64,000 bases of DNA, taken from the NCBI GenBank assembly GCA_963677485.1, contig OY781964.1, forward strand, positions 1,600,001 to 1,664,000, given 5' to 3'. This DNA comes from Armatimonadota bacterium. Its GTDB lineage: Bacteria; Armatimonadota; HRBIN16. The notes beneath the pieces are model-generated. The model saw nothing but the letters and a program-made list of their open reading frames with translations, made no database searches and was not told the origin of the DNA. Made by a program: the position numbers and the translations under genes. This document shows positions 1-9,974 of this stretch, piece by piece (position 1 is the stretch's first letter; each line of letters starts with the position of its first letter).

Positions 1-1351
1 CTATGCTCAGCCCCTCTTTCATCATCTCCCACTTCAACTCCCTACCGTCACCAAGCATGGTGATGGAGGCGATTTCAGATGGATACAGACCGGGCCAGTT
101 CAATTGCGGTGCCAGGCTCTTGATCAGCAGCTTCTCGCCAGGCCAGTTGAGGGCTGAGGCATAGAGTATACTATCCTTCACCGTGAAGCGGATGTCCTCA
201 CCGGTGTAGCGCAGGTCGTTCTTCTCGTTGAAGCCGCCGCTGGTCTCCAGTTTGGTCGGACCCTCTCCTGCCACGCACCAGGGGGTGGTTCCGTAGATCG
301 CCTCGCCATTGACCTTCAGCCATTCGCCCATGCCCAGCAGCAGCCTTTTCGCCTCATCCGGGATGGTGCCGTCGGGTCTTGGGCCGACATTGAGCAGCAG
401 GTAGCCGTTCTTGCTGACGCGGTCCACGAGGTTGACGACGAGGTTCTCAACGGTCTTGAACCCGAGCCCCTTCACATATCCCCACCCCTGACCATCATCA
501 ATAGTGGTGTCGGTGATCCACTCGTAGTAGGTCAGGTTCGCTTCCTGTCCCAGCTCCAGATCAAGCAAGCCAGCACCAGGCGGTAGATGGTGGTCTTTAT
601 ACGAAACCACTACCTCCTTGTGCTGGGCGGCTGCTTGATTGTAGTAATACACCAGCATTTCTTGTTTGTAGCTGTCAGGAACCCCATTTAGCCCAAAGTC
701 GAACCAGATGTAGTCAGGCCCATATTTGTCGATGACTTCGAAGATTTTTCCCTTCCATTGGTCAAGAAAGGCCTGTGTGGGCACCGCGCCCTCGTCGTGG
801 ATGGGGCCATACAGGCCCGAATAACGCGGGTCGCTGCAGTCGTAGCGTTTATCCCATGTGGGGAAGTAGAACCAGTTTTCCGCATGGTGGAAGGCGGTGA
901 CGAATTTCATACCGTGATTCTTGATCGCGATGGCGAGTTCGCCCACCACATCCCGTTTTGGGCCCATTTTCGCGGCGTTCCAATCGGAGTACTTCGTATC
1001 CCACATGGCGAATCCGTCGTGATGCTCCGCCACCGGACCAGCAAACCGGGCTCCAGACTTTTGGAACAGCTCAGCCCACTCATCGGCGTCGTAATGCTCA
1101 CCAGTAAACATGGGAATGAAGTCTTTATAACCGAAGGTATCCAGTGGACCGTAGGTCGCTTCCTGGTATTTTCGCTCCGGCCCATCAGGATTCATGTAAA
1201 AGTTGTGGGCATACCAGGTGCAGTTCGGACCTTGTGCAGGGACAGAGTAAACCCCCCAGTGGGTGTAAATCCCGAACTTGCCATCCCGCAGCCACTGCGG
1301 TGTGGGCACACTCTTTAGCGAATTCCAGCTTGGTTGATAGGGTTGTTCCAT
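1..1351 (-). CDS. Alpha-L-fucosidase (GH29), 3' end runs off the window
   Basis: Not in ORF track (no stop inside window). Manual translation of both ends from ATG at 1351 (RBS GGAGG): MEQPYQPSWNSLKSVPTPQWLRDGKFGIYTHWGVYSVPA... and SKNGYLLLNVGPRPDGTIP...GEWLKVNGEAIYGTTPW, which are GH29 motifs; both ends are in the same frame. Confidence 0.93.
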   Translation of the reverse strand, partial: MEQPYQPSWNSLKSVPTPQWLRDGKFGIYTHWGVYSVPAQGPNCTWYAHNFYMNPDGPERKYQEATYGPLDTFGYKDFIPMFTGEHYDADEWAELFQKSGARFAGPVAEHHDGFAMWDTKYSDWNAAKMGPKRDVVGELAIAIKNHGMKFVTAFHHAENWFYFPTWDKRYDCSDPRYSGLYGPIHDEGAVPTQAFLDQWKGKIFEVIDKYGPDYIWFDFGLNGVPDSYKQEMLVYYYNQAAAQHKEVVVSYKDHHLPPGAGLLDLELGQEANLTYYEWITDTTIDDGQGWGYVKGLGFKTVENLVVNLVDRVSKNGYLLLNVGPRPDGTIPDEAKRLLLGMGEWLKVNGEAIYGTTPWCVAGEGPTKLETSGGFNEKNDLRYTGEDIRFTVKDSILYASALNWPGEKLLIKSLAPQLNWPGLYPSEIASITMLGDGRELKWEMMKEGLSI

Positions 1352-1828
1352 TGATATCCCTCCGTGTCAGAGCATCTGTCTAGAATACCGAATGATGCTT
1401 TTCTATCTACGAGCTCCGATGACTAGTGAATTGGTGCATCGTATGTAATGTACAGGTTCCACGTTGCTCAGTCCATTCCCTATCATTCTGTGCGTTTGTA
1501 CTATGTTTCTGTTTGTGGTCATAGAGTCCTCAGGCCGATAGGGGATGACTTGAACTGTGGATTGTGATTTCCCCTGCCGACCAAGTTCAACAAGGAACTA
1601 GACCGGCGCGGTATGGCGTTGGCTGCTGCCCCCACCGCCTTCCGGTAGGGCGAATTCAGTACGATATCTAGTCATATACAGATAAAAATGCTGCTTTAAA
1701 CACAAAAAACACAATATATACCTCGCAATGAGGTACATTTAGATATCTTTTGCTTCTGAACGAGATCAGGATCACCCCCTATATCGCCTATAGAACGTAA
1801 CTGAATGGCACGATGAGGTATTACGACG

Positions 1829-4687
1829 ATGGCTGATGCAGAAATCCGCTTCCTGTTGGTGTGTCTTTCAGACACGTTGAATGACGAAATACGTAGAGCG
1901 GCATCACACGTCGATAGCATCAGTTTGACTTGTGAAACAACAGATGATCAACAGCAGGCGTTGCTAGATGTGATCTCTGGTTCGTTTGACCTGTTCATCG
2001 TGGGAAATCGGCACGATGATGATCTGACCGTATCGTGGTTAAAGCAGGCCATTCAAGCAGACCCCACTGCCCAACTGGTCGTAATTTCCGAATCGTCTGA
2101 TCCTCAGTATGCCTCGGATGCATTCGCAGCGGGTGCATTCGACTGTTTGTCTGCTGCTGATATCACTCAAGATACTCTTCGCCGCATCTGTCGGTATGCG
2201 CGTGAACGCAAGGGGCTAATTCATAAGGTAGGAACCGCTGAGCTGCGGTATCAAAAAGTCTTTAACAATAGTCCATACTCAATCATCCTATCTAGTGCCG
2301 CTACCGGTCTTTTAGTGGAGGTGAACGACAGGTTCATCCGAGAGACAGGCTACCGCACGGATCAACTTATTGGCGTAGGGATAGAGGAGCTAGGTCTGTA
2401 TGTAGATTTCGCACAAAGACAGCGGTTGATTGATGATGTCAAGGCAAACGGATTTGTCAGCAATCGGCAAATTGAACTGCGGATGGCATCTGGAGAGATA
2501 AGGCAGTGCCTGGTCTCATCGTGCATGCTCAATGCGTCGAATGAAGACCAACTACTGAGTATGCTGGTAGACATCTCACAGAAGTCGATTACTGACAAAG
2601 ATTTGGCGCTCAAAGATGAGCTGCTGCATTCTACGGGACGCATGGGTAGAATCGGCGGATGGGAATTTGATACGGACACCATGACAGGAACGTGGACTGA
2701 GGAGGTATCGCGGATTCATGACCTGGATCCGTCAGACTCGACAAATGTGGAGTTGGGCATCAGCTTTTATGTGGGCCAGTCACGCGTTTTAGTGACCAAC
2801 GCCATCCAACAGGCCATCAGTTCTGGAACCCCCTACGACCTCGAGCTGGAGCTGGTGACGGCCAGAGGAGCTCATAAGTGGGTGCATACGATTGGACATC
2901 CAGTGGTGGAAAATGGCAAGGTGGTGAAGGTTCGAGGGATCTTCCAGGATATCACGGAACTGAAAGAAGCAGAGATGGCCAGGCTTGCCGTAGAGGATCG
3001 GTTCCGCAGGGCGATCGTGAATGCACCGATACCGATTATGATTCACGCTGATGATGGTGAGATACTGCAGATCAGCGATGTCTGGACGGAATTGACAGGT
3101 TATACCCATGCGGAAATCCCCACTATGCCGGATTGGGTCACAAGGGCATATGGTGCTAATCATCATAATGTATTAGCCAACATCAACGCCACATATGGTC
3201 TACGAGGCCGTGTTGATGAGGGTGAATATGAGGTCACGACCAAAGATGGCCGCAAACTAGCCTGGGCCTTTAGTTCATCAAGTCTGGGGCAGTTACCCGA
3301 TGGGCGTCACGCGGCGGTCAGTATGGCCATGGATATCACCAACCGAAAAGAGGCGGAAGAGGCACTGCGGCGTACCGAAGTTCGACTGCACAACATAATA
3401 GAGGTGCTGCAATACAATGAACCGTCCACACAGGCATTCCTCGATTTGGCACTTGACAAGCTGGTGCAGCTGACCAGCAGCAAGCTTGGATATATCTACA
3501 CCTATAGTGAACAAACGCGGCAGCTTGCGTTGAACGCATGGTCCAAGGATGTGATACAGGAGCGCGATGTGGCATCTCCGCTTTCATGTGACGATCTGGA
3601 CAAAGCCGGTATATGGGGTGAGGCCGTCAGGCAGGGCAAGCCTGTCATGCTGAACGACTTTCAAGCTCAGCATCCGCGAAAAATGGTGCAGTCTGAGGGG
3701 CATGTTGTACTGACGAAATTCCTAACCATTCCGGTATATGATGTCGGACAGATTGTCGCGGTGGTTGGTGTAGCCAATAAAGAGGCCGACTACGATGAAA
3801 TGGATGTAATCCAACTGACATTAATGATGGACGCGGTTTGGAAGGTAGTCGAACATAGGCGTTCTGAAGAGGCTTTAAAGCGCATTGAATGGATGCTATC
3901 TCAGAACAGATCCGATGACAGAAATTCCAAATCGAACCGTGTCATCACTCCCCAGGAAGCAAGGATCGGTATTCAGAATGTCTCACACGTGATTATGGAC
4001 GCGGTGGATGAGCATACACTGGATGACATCATGAGTGATTGCCTCGACATGTTGGGTACATCCGCCTTTGTCTATGAGACGAATGGCGACTGCGCTTGGG
4101 CGAAACTGAGCTCTTCCTGGTGCAAGTGTCTGTATCAAGCCTCCTTTAAGTTATGTGAAACAGACGATACCGCGACGGCTAAGTCATGTGATCTATGGCA
4201 CTGTCGGACCTCGAACTGGTGTGATTCGGCCATGAAGGCCATTGTTAATAAGACCCCCGTCGATATCAAATGTGCTGGGGGGATACGGGTATATGCGATT
4301 CCGATCATGTCAGGCGGCGAAGCGGTAGGTGCCATCTCCATAGGCTACGGCGACCCTCCGGCTGACCAGGCCGTTCAATTGCAGTTGGCCGAAAAGTACC
4401 AAGTGCCTGCCCACCAGATATCAGCCTACGCCTCAGCCTATGAGACACGCCCTCCGTTCATTGAAGCCATCGCCAGACGTCGCTTAGAATCGATAGCCCG
4501 CCTGATTGGCGAAATGGTGAACAGGAAACGAGCTGAGCGAGAGTTGGCGCTGCAGCTTGACGAACTTCAACGCTGGCATGAAGTGACCCTGAACCGCGAA
4601 ATGCGGGTAATAGAACTAAAGCGTGAGGTGAATGAGCTGTTGGAGCAGGCTCGGTTACCCATCAGATACGAGAGCGCAGACCGATAA
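1829..4687 (+). CDS. Multi-sensor protein: degenerate receiver, 3x PAS/PAC, GAF, PocR-like domain, C-terminal coiled coil; no kinase or cyclase output
   Basis: Receiver-like N-terminus (AFAAGAFDCL); PAS motifs (VNDRFIRETGY, GRIGGWEFD, WTELTGY, DITNRKEAEEALR); GAF (GIWGEAVRQGKPVMLNDF, GVANKEADY); PocR-like Cys pattern (SSWCKCL, WHCRTSNW, IKCAGG); ends NREMRVIELKREVNELL. Confidence 0.85.
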   Translation: MADAEIRFLLVCLSDTLNDEIRRAASHVDSISLTCETTDDQQQALLDVISGSFDLFIVGNRHDDDLTVSWLKQAIQADPTAQLVVISESSDPQYASDAFAAGAFDCLSAADITQDTLRRICRYARERKGLIHKVGTAELRYQKVFNNSPYSIILSSAATGLLVEVNDRFIRETGYRTDQLIGVGIEELGLYVDFAQRQRLIDDVKANGFVSNRQIELRMASGEIRQCLVSSCMLNASNEDQLLSMLVDISQKSITDKDLALKDELLHSTGRMGRIGGWEFDTDTMTGTWTEEVSRIHDLDPSDSTNVELGISFYVGQSRVLVTNAIQQAISSGTPYDLELELVTARGAHKWVHTIGHPVVENGKVVKVRGIFQDITELKEAEMARLAVEDRFRRAIVNAPIPIMIHADDGEILQISDVWTELTGYTHAEIPTMPDWVTRAYGANHHNVLANINATYGLRGRVDEGEYEVTTKDGRKLAWAFSSSSLGQLPDGRHAAVSMAMDITNRKEAEEALRRTEVRLHNIIEVLQYNEPSTQAFLDLALDKLVQLTSSKLGYIYTYSEQTRQLALNAWSKDVIQERDVASPLSCDDLDKAGIWGEAVRQGKPVMLNDFQAQHPRKMVQSEGHVVLTKFLTIPVYDVGQIVAVVGVANKEADYDEMDVIQLTLMMDAVWKVVEHRRSEEALKRIEWMLSQNRSDDRNSKSNRVITPQEARIGIQNVSHVIMDAVDEHTLDDIMSDCLDMLGTSAFVYETNGDCAWAKLSSSWCKCLYQASFKLCETDDTATAKSCDLWHCRTSNWCDSAMKAIVNKTPVDIKCAGGIRVYAIPIMSGGEAVGAISIGYGDPPADQAVQLQLAEKYQVPAHQISAYASAYETRPPFIEAIARRRLESIARLIGEMVNRKRAERELALQLDELQRWHEVTLNREMRVIELKREVNELLEQARLPIRYESADR

Positions 4688-4700
4688 TGGAGAATGACGA

Positions 4701-7700
4701 ATGCGGATGAATCAATCGTTGATTACAAAACGGGACAAGCTGGTCATATTCATTATTGCGGTCGCGTTTGGACTTCTGGCAATACTAGGTATCGTGCTCA
4801 ATAATCGGATACTCGCGGGAATCTACTCATATCGGTATGAAGAACTGAAGGCGATTGCAGACATAAAGTGTCGGCAAATCGTGCAGTGGCGGACTGATAC
4901 CATAGACCACATTCGGCTGATCACCCAGACTGAAAGTATGAAGGGTGATCTGACAAGGCTACTAACCAACCCCCATGATATCAACGGCCAACAGCACTTA
5001 CAGGCTGTTTTACAGGCGGTCGTCAAGTATGCTGACTACCAAAACGCCCTGATCGCCACTCCAAACGGACAGGTCATCGGCTCAGCCGATGGCAAGCTCA
5101 TCACTCTGCACCCACTCTCACTAAATTTGGTCATTGAAGTATGTCGCCAAAAACGGGCTATGATCAGTGGAGTGGCTGTGAACTCGGCATTCCAGCTAGA
5201 ATCGCTTGATGCGGCCGGACCGATAGTCGATGAGCACGGACAGGTCATGGCTGTTTTGTTGTTGCGGACAAACCCCGACAAAACTTTCTTGCCAGATATA
5301 GCCCGATGGACAGCACCCAGTAAGAGCCTTGAGATATTTTTGCTGGAGCGGTTTGGCAACGAGGTGGTCTACCTAAACCACTCACATATTCAAGGCAGTC
5401 TATCGCAGCGTCTCCATATACCCATATCGGGGGACGACATAAGCTCGTTGATGGTGGTCAATGGGCGTATAGGGATGTACAAAGGTTATGACTACCGTGG
5501 TGTGCCCATCTTGGCGGATCTGCGTCCCATCCCAGGCAGCCCATGGTATATGGTTGTCAAGGTCGATAAGCGGGAAATCACCGCGGAACACTGGTATATC
5601 AGCCGCTTGATCGGAGGGTTGGTGTTTCTAGGCCTGGCTGTGCTTGGAGCTGTCTTTTTCTTCGTCAATGCCCGAAAACAACAAGGAGTTTATGCTCAGT
5701 TATATCAGCTTGAGCGAGGCCACCGTGAGGCGATAGAACAGATTCGCACGATGTTTTACGCTATTGGTGACGGCGTGATCGCTACAGACGCGCGAGGTCT
5801 CGTGATCAGAATGAATCGAGTAGCGGAAAACCTGACGGGCTGGCAAGAGAAAGAGGCGATAGGCCAGCCGTTGGCTGACGTGTTTAAAGTCATCAGTGAA
5901 ATCACACGACATGCTCTGGAGACCCCGGTCATGCAAGTGGTGCGAACGATGCAGATCACTGGCATGGCAAATCATGCTCTGTTGGTCCATCGTGATGGGA
6001 CAGAACGCCCCGTTGCGGACAGCGGCTCACCTATATTTGGCGAAACAGGCCGGCTGATTGGGGTTGTGCTGGTTTTTCGTGATCAGAGCGCCGAAAGAGC
6101 GTCGCGGAATGCATTGGCCTTCCGTGAGGAATACATCCGCTCGATACTGGGTTCTCTGGATGCCAATATCTGTGTCATTGACCAAAACGGTGTCATCACC
6201 GCCGTGAATAGCATGTGGGAGCAGTTTGCACTCGATAATGGAGCCGTGGGAAATGTCGGCGTAGGGGCTAATTACCTGGATGTGCTGCAGGGATTGTATG
6301 GTCAGGGAGATGACGTCATCGACAACACCCTGACCGGAATCCGAAAAGTTCTGGCAGGGGAAATCAAGCGATTTCGCATCGAATACCCGTGCCACACCCC
6401 GTTTGAACGAAGGGATTTCATGCTACATGTCACGCCACTAGTTGGAGTGGCATCTGGTGCAGTACTGGCCCATGTGAATATCACCGAGCAAAAGCAGGCC
6501 GATGAACGACGCGAACTGGTGCTGCAGATACTAGCGGCCCTGAACAGCGACCTGGAAATCAAACAGCAGATCAGACAGATCCTGGAGCTCATACGAGCTT
6601 ACACAGGGATCGAAGGCCTTGGACTACGGATAAAGGAAGGCGACGACTACCCATATGTGGAATCACTGGGGCTGTCGGAGGATTTCATCAAGAATGACGG
6701 CAAGCTTTTGGCTCGAACCAGTACAGGAGAGATCGTCAGAGACAGTCACAACCAGCCTGTATTGGAGTGTATATGCGGTGCGCTGGTGTGCAATAAGCTG
6801 AATGTGAAAGGGCCGTTATTCACCGAATACGGCAGTTTCTGGACAAACCGACTCACCGTCGACTCGGAGTATATTGATTGGACCGGAGTACAAGGGCAGA
6901 AACGCAACGAATGCCAATTAGCCGGGTATCAATCAGTGGCAATTATCCCCTTGAAGTATAACCAGGCGGTGATCGGACTGATACATCTCAACGACCACCG
7001 TCCACACCGATATACCCTTGAAGACATCCATTTCCTTGAAGGAATCAGTGCCAGTATCGGCATCGCCATGGCTCGCAGGCGGTCGTCTGAACAGGTAGCT
7101 CAAGCGCGGGCCGAGGCGATGCAACTGCTCGACAATGCTGAGAAATCACGCCGGGCTCTGCTCAGTATGATGGAAGACCAAATGCGGGCCGAACAACAGA
7201 GAGAAGCACTGGAAGCTCAGATACGCCAGCAGCAACGTCTTGAGGTTGTGGGGCAGATGGCAGCCGGGGTGGCACATGATTTTAACAACCTGATGACCGG
7301 GATATATGGGTTTACCCAGTTTGCGATTGAAGCCGCAGAGGAAGGCTCCTCCCAGCGTGAAGACCTGGGCGAGGTTCTAGCTCTGGCTAAACGAGCGGCC
7401 GATCTCACCCGTCAGTTGCTGGCATTCAGCCGTAAACAAACGCTGCTTATCACATCGGTTGATATCAACGGTCTGATTGAAAACGAGCTAAAGATGCTAC
7501 AGCGTATCATCGGAGAGCAGATTGATATCAGCTTCACACCATCACCTGCAGCAGGCATCATTAAGGCGGACTCAGGCCAGATTGAGCAGGTGATTATGAA
7601 TCTGGCTGTGAATTCGCGTGATGCCATGCCTGACGGGGGTAGAATACATATTTCCACCTCGATTGAATATATCGAACCCGAGGATGTGCCGCGGTTGGAA

Positions 7701-8381
7701 GACGTGCTGCCGGGTGACTATGTGGTGATCACCGTTGAGGACAACGGAAGCGGTATGACCGCTGATGTTTGTGAACGCGTATTTGAGCCGTTCTTTACCA
7801 CCAAAGAGTTTGGCAGCGGTCTAGGCTTGCCAACCGTATACGGCATTATCAAGCAGCATGATGGGCATATCTGGGTTGAAAGCGAGTTGGGAAAAGGTAC
7901 CAAGATCACCATTCTTCTTGCGCTGGTTGAAGAACGGCCTGCTTCACAGACGGAGCAGCCTGATAACAGCTCACCATCAGGCCGTGAGACCGTGCTGATA
8001 GTTGAAGATGAAGAGGCTGTACGGGCCATCACCGCACGGATCCTTAGGCGGCAGGGATATCATGTGCTTACGGCAAATTCGCCGTCTCAAGCGAAGCAGA
8101 TACTGGCCGCAAGCGGCCAATCTGTGGCGATCATGGTGACCGATGTGGTGATGCCGGAATCCAGCGGAATACAGCTTTATGAATCTGTCAGTGAGCAGTA
8201 TACTCAGATGAAGGTGTTGTATATGTCTGGTTACCCAGAGGCATCTACAACCCAGCAGTACCGGATGCCTCATGGCAAGCCATACCTTCAGAAACCATTC
8301 ACCTTCAAGGCACTGGCCGCCAAAGTTCGTGAAGTGCTGGATGGTATAGTTGTTCCACCCGGTCATACTGAGGGGGATTAG
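4701..8381 (+). CDS. Membrane hybrid sensor histidine kinase (Cache, PAS, PAS, GAF, HisKA, HATPase, REC)
   Basis: Two TM helices flanking a Cache-like region (GYDYRGVPILA); H-box AGVAHDFNNLM; N-box QVIMNLAVNSRDAM; FEPFFTTK and GSGLGL; C-terminal receiver (IVEDE, TDVVMP, YMSGY, LQKPF). Confidence 0.95.
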   Translation: MRMNQSLITKRDKLVIFIIAVAFGLLAILGIVLNNRILAGIYSYRYEELKAIADIKCRQIVQWRTDTIDHIRLITQTESMKGDLTRLLTNPHDINGQQHLQAVLQAVVKYADYQNALIATPNGQVIGSADGKLITLHPLSLNLVIEVCRQKRAMISGVAVNSAFQLESLDAAGPIVDEHGQVMAVLLLRTNPDKTFLPDIARWTAPSKSLEIFLLERFGNEVVYLNHSHIQGSLSQRLHIPISGDDISSLMVVNGRIGMYKGYDYRGVPILADLRPIPGSPWYMVVKVDKREITAEHWYISRLIGGLVFLGLAVLGAVFFFVNARKQQGVYAQLYQLERGHREAIEQIRTMFYAIGDGVIATDARGLVIRMNRVAENLTGWQEKEAIGQPLADVFKVISEITRHALETPVMQVVRTMQITGMANHALLVHRDGTERPVADSGSPIFGETGRLIGVVLVFRDQSAERASRNALAFREEYIRSILGSLDANICVIDQNGVITAVNSMWEQFALDNGAVGNVGVGANYLDVLQGLYGQGDDVIDNTLTGIRKVLAGEIKRFRIEYPCHTPFERRDFMLHVTPLVGVASGAVLAHVNITEQKQADERRELVLQILAALNSDLEIKQQIRQILELIRAYTGIEGLGLRIKEGDDYPYVESLGLSEDFIKNDGKLLARTSTGEIVRDSHNQPVLECICGALVCNKLNVKGPLFTEYGSFWTNRLTVDSEYIDWTGVQGQKRNECQLAGYQSVAIIPLKYNQAVIGLIHLNDHRPHRYTLEDIHFLEGISASIGIAMARRRSSEQVAQARAEAMQLLDNAEKSRRALLSMMEDQMRAEQQREALEAQIRQQQRLEVVGQMAAGVAHDFNNLMTGIYGFTQFAIEAAEEGSSQREDLGEVLALAKRAADLTRQLLAFSRKQTLLITSVDINGLIENELKMLQRIIGEQIDISFTPSPAAGIIKADSGQIEQVIMNLAVNSRDAMPDGGRIHISTSIEYIEPEDVPRLEDVLPGDYVVITVEDNGSGMTADVCERVFEPFFTTKEFGSGLGLPTVYGIIKQHDGHIWVESELGKGTKITILLALVEERPASQTEQPDNSSPSGRETVLIVEDEEAVRAITARILRRQGYHVLTANSPSQAKQILAASGQSVAIMVTDVVMPESSGIQLYESVSEQYTQMKVLYMSGYPEASTTQQYRMPHGKPYLQKPFTFKALAAKVREVLDGIVVPPGHTEGD

Positions 8382-8515
8382 CAGTTGAATCAGTCAACGT
8401 GAGGATATGCTTCGAATCGATGAGCCTAGTTGATCATCGATTGCGGTAGATTCCGCGGGTTAGTAGCCCGATTCCGTTTCCCGTAATACAATATGCAGGA
8501 TAGATGCCTTCCGGG

Positions 8516-8723
8516 CACCCACGGAGTGGGTAAGATTCTTATAGCCACGGGTGAGCGCCAGCGTAACCCGTGGAGGGCAGTCAGAAACCATCTACCCACG
8601 AACGTGGGTCGGATGCCGTGACCATCAGGTGCGACCCACTTCGGGGTAGGATTATTTGCGGTTTACCAGGGGTTGCGCTTCGCTTACCCCTGGCTGTAAT
8701 GAATCTTACCCACTCCGTGGGTG
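8516..8723. repeat. MITE/REPIN-like element with 23-bp perfect terminal inverted repeats (CCCAC-N4-GTGGG family)
   Basis: cacccacggagtgggtaagattc (8516-8538) and its exact reverse complement (8701-8723); partial copies at about 31158-31260 and 33341-33442. Confidence 0.85.
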
Positions 8724-8822
8724 GCCGTAACGTATCTGTCGTGCGGTATATTAGCGGGTTATTGAATGGAACCCTCAGCCCGCGCACGCGGGCATAATCA
8801 ACTAACCTGAGCGGTATATCCC

Positions 8823-9398
8823 CTACTTCAGGCGTCGGCTGCCGCGCTCGGTGATGGGCTCACCGGCTTTGCATTGAGGGCACTCATCGGGAGCCCATGC
8901 CTGCACCACCATGCTCAGCAGACTCTCGGTGGGCACACCCAGATCCACATTGCCTCCGCTGCGGTCCACGAAGATGCCGACTCCCATCACGTTGGCGTGA
9001 TGGTCTTTCAGCATGTCAAGCACCTCGAAAACCGAGAGGCCGGTGGTCAGCACATCGTCTACCACCAGAACGCGTTCGCCGCGCTCGATCTCAAATCCAC
9101 GGCGCAGCACACGCTTGCCATCTTCGCGTTCGGCATACACCGCGCGGACGCCCAGTTGCCGGGCGACTTCATAGGCGATCAAGATTCCGCCGGTGGTTGG
9201 ACCGCATACGACCTCAATGTTTTTGTCACGGAACCGGTCAGCGATATTACGGCACAGCAGTTCCACTTGCTCAGGAAACTGTAGGACCTGGAATTTTTCG
9301 AAATATGTATCGCTGTGTTTCCCGGAGCTGAGTTGAAAGTGCCCCTCTAACACAGCCCCGCAATTGCGGAAGACCTGCAGTAAATCTGCGGACGTCAT
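8823..9398 (-). CDS. pyrE: Orotate phosphoribosyltransferase
   Basis: GHFQLSSGKHSDTYFEK, PRPP-binding VLVVDDVLTTGLS, C-terminal CPQC...GSR. Confidence 0.95.
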   Translation of the reverse strand: MTSADLLQVFRNCGAVLEGHFQLSSGKHSDTYFEKFQVLQFPEQVELLCRNIADRFRDKNIEVVCGPTTGGILIAYEVARQLGVRAVYAEREDGKRVLRRGFEIERGERVLVVDDVLTTGLSVFEVLDMLKDHHANVMGVGIFVDRSGGNVDLGVPTESLLSMVVQAWAPDECPQCKAGEPITERGSRRLK

Positions 9399-9468
9399 CA
9401 GTTACTACTCCTTGCATATGGCGCGGTTGAAGCTGCGCCTCCAAAACTATTGTATCAAGCTGTGCCAT

Positions 9469-9496
9469 TTGATACCCAAGTTGTTGTAGATATAAT
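9469..9496 (+). promoter_or_regulatory. Putative sigma70 promoter of HesB/IscA gene
   Basis: TTGATA (9469-9474), 16-nt spacer, TATAAT (9491-9496); RBS AAGGAG before ATG 9531. Confidence 0.55.
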
Positions 9497-9530
9497 GTAC
9501 ATAGGAAGTAACTCTAGCACTAAGGAGCTA

Positions 9531-9869
9531 ATGATGATATCTCTAACCGAACGCGCTGCCACTGAAATCAAGGCAGTCATGGAGCAAAATAACGCCACCG
9601 ATGCATACCTGCGCGTCGCGGTCGCCGGACACGGCTGCCACGGCATGAACTACCAGCTTGGTCTGGACCCGGAAGTGAGCGAGCCCGATTCCGTATACGA
9701 AAGCTTCGGCGTGAAGATCGCCATCGACGGCATCAGCCTTAGCATGATGGAAGGTTCGACCATCGCGTATATGGAGAGCGAAGATGGTGCTGGTTTCAGC
9801 ATCGAGAACCCGAATGACGTTCCCGAAGAGGGCTGCAGTGGCGGTTGCGCCGGCTGCGGCGGTCACTAA
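9531..9869 (+). CDS. HesB/IscA family Fe-S cluster assembly accessory protein
   Basis: MISLTERAATEIK...LRVAVAGHGCHGMNYQLGLD...GFSIENPN...CSGGCAGC; start moved to ATG 9531 behind RBS. Confidence 0.9.
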   Translation: MMISLTERAATEIKAVMEQNNATDAYLRVAVAGHGCHGMNYQLGLDPEVSEPDSVYESFGVKIAIDGISLSMMEGSTIAYMESEDGAGFSIENPNDVPEEGCSGGCAGCGGH

Positions 9870-9890
9870 CACCGCATCAGATTTCAGCGT

Positions 9891-9927
9891 AAGGAGCTAG
9901 AGCTTGACCGTTCTAGCTCCTTTTTTG
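9891..9927 (+). terminator. Intrinsic terminator
   Basis: aaggagctaga / tctagctcctt stem followed by T-run, just after the IscA stop. Confidence 0.85.
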
Positions 9928-9974
9928 TATACAAACGCAGTCCGAGTTCACAAATCTGGAGATAACCACATCAT

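Noticed and set aside
758-1318. 186-aa plus-strand ORF
   Set aside because: Antisense shadow of the GH29 fucosidase.
9531-9869. HesB-like selenoprotein
   Set aside because: No in-frame TGA; the Cys codons are standard and the stop is TAA.
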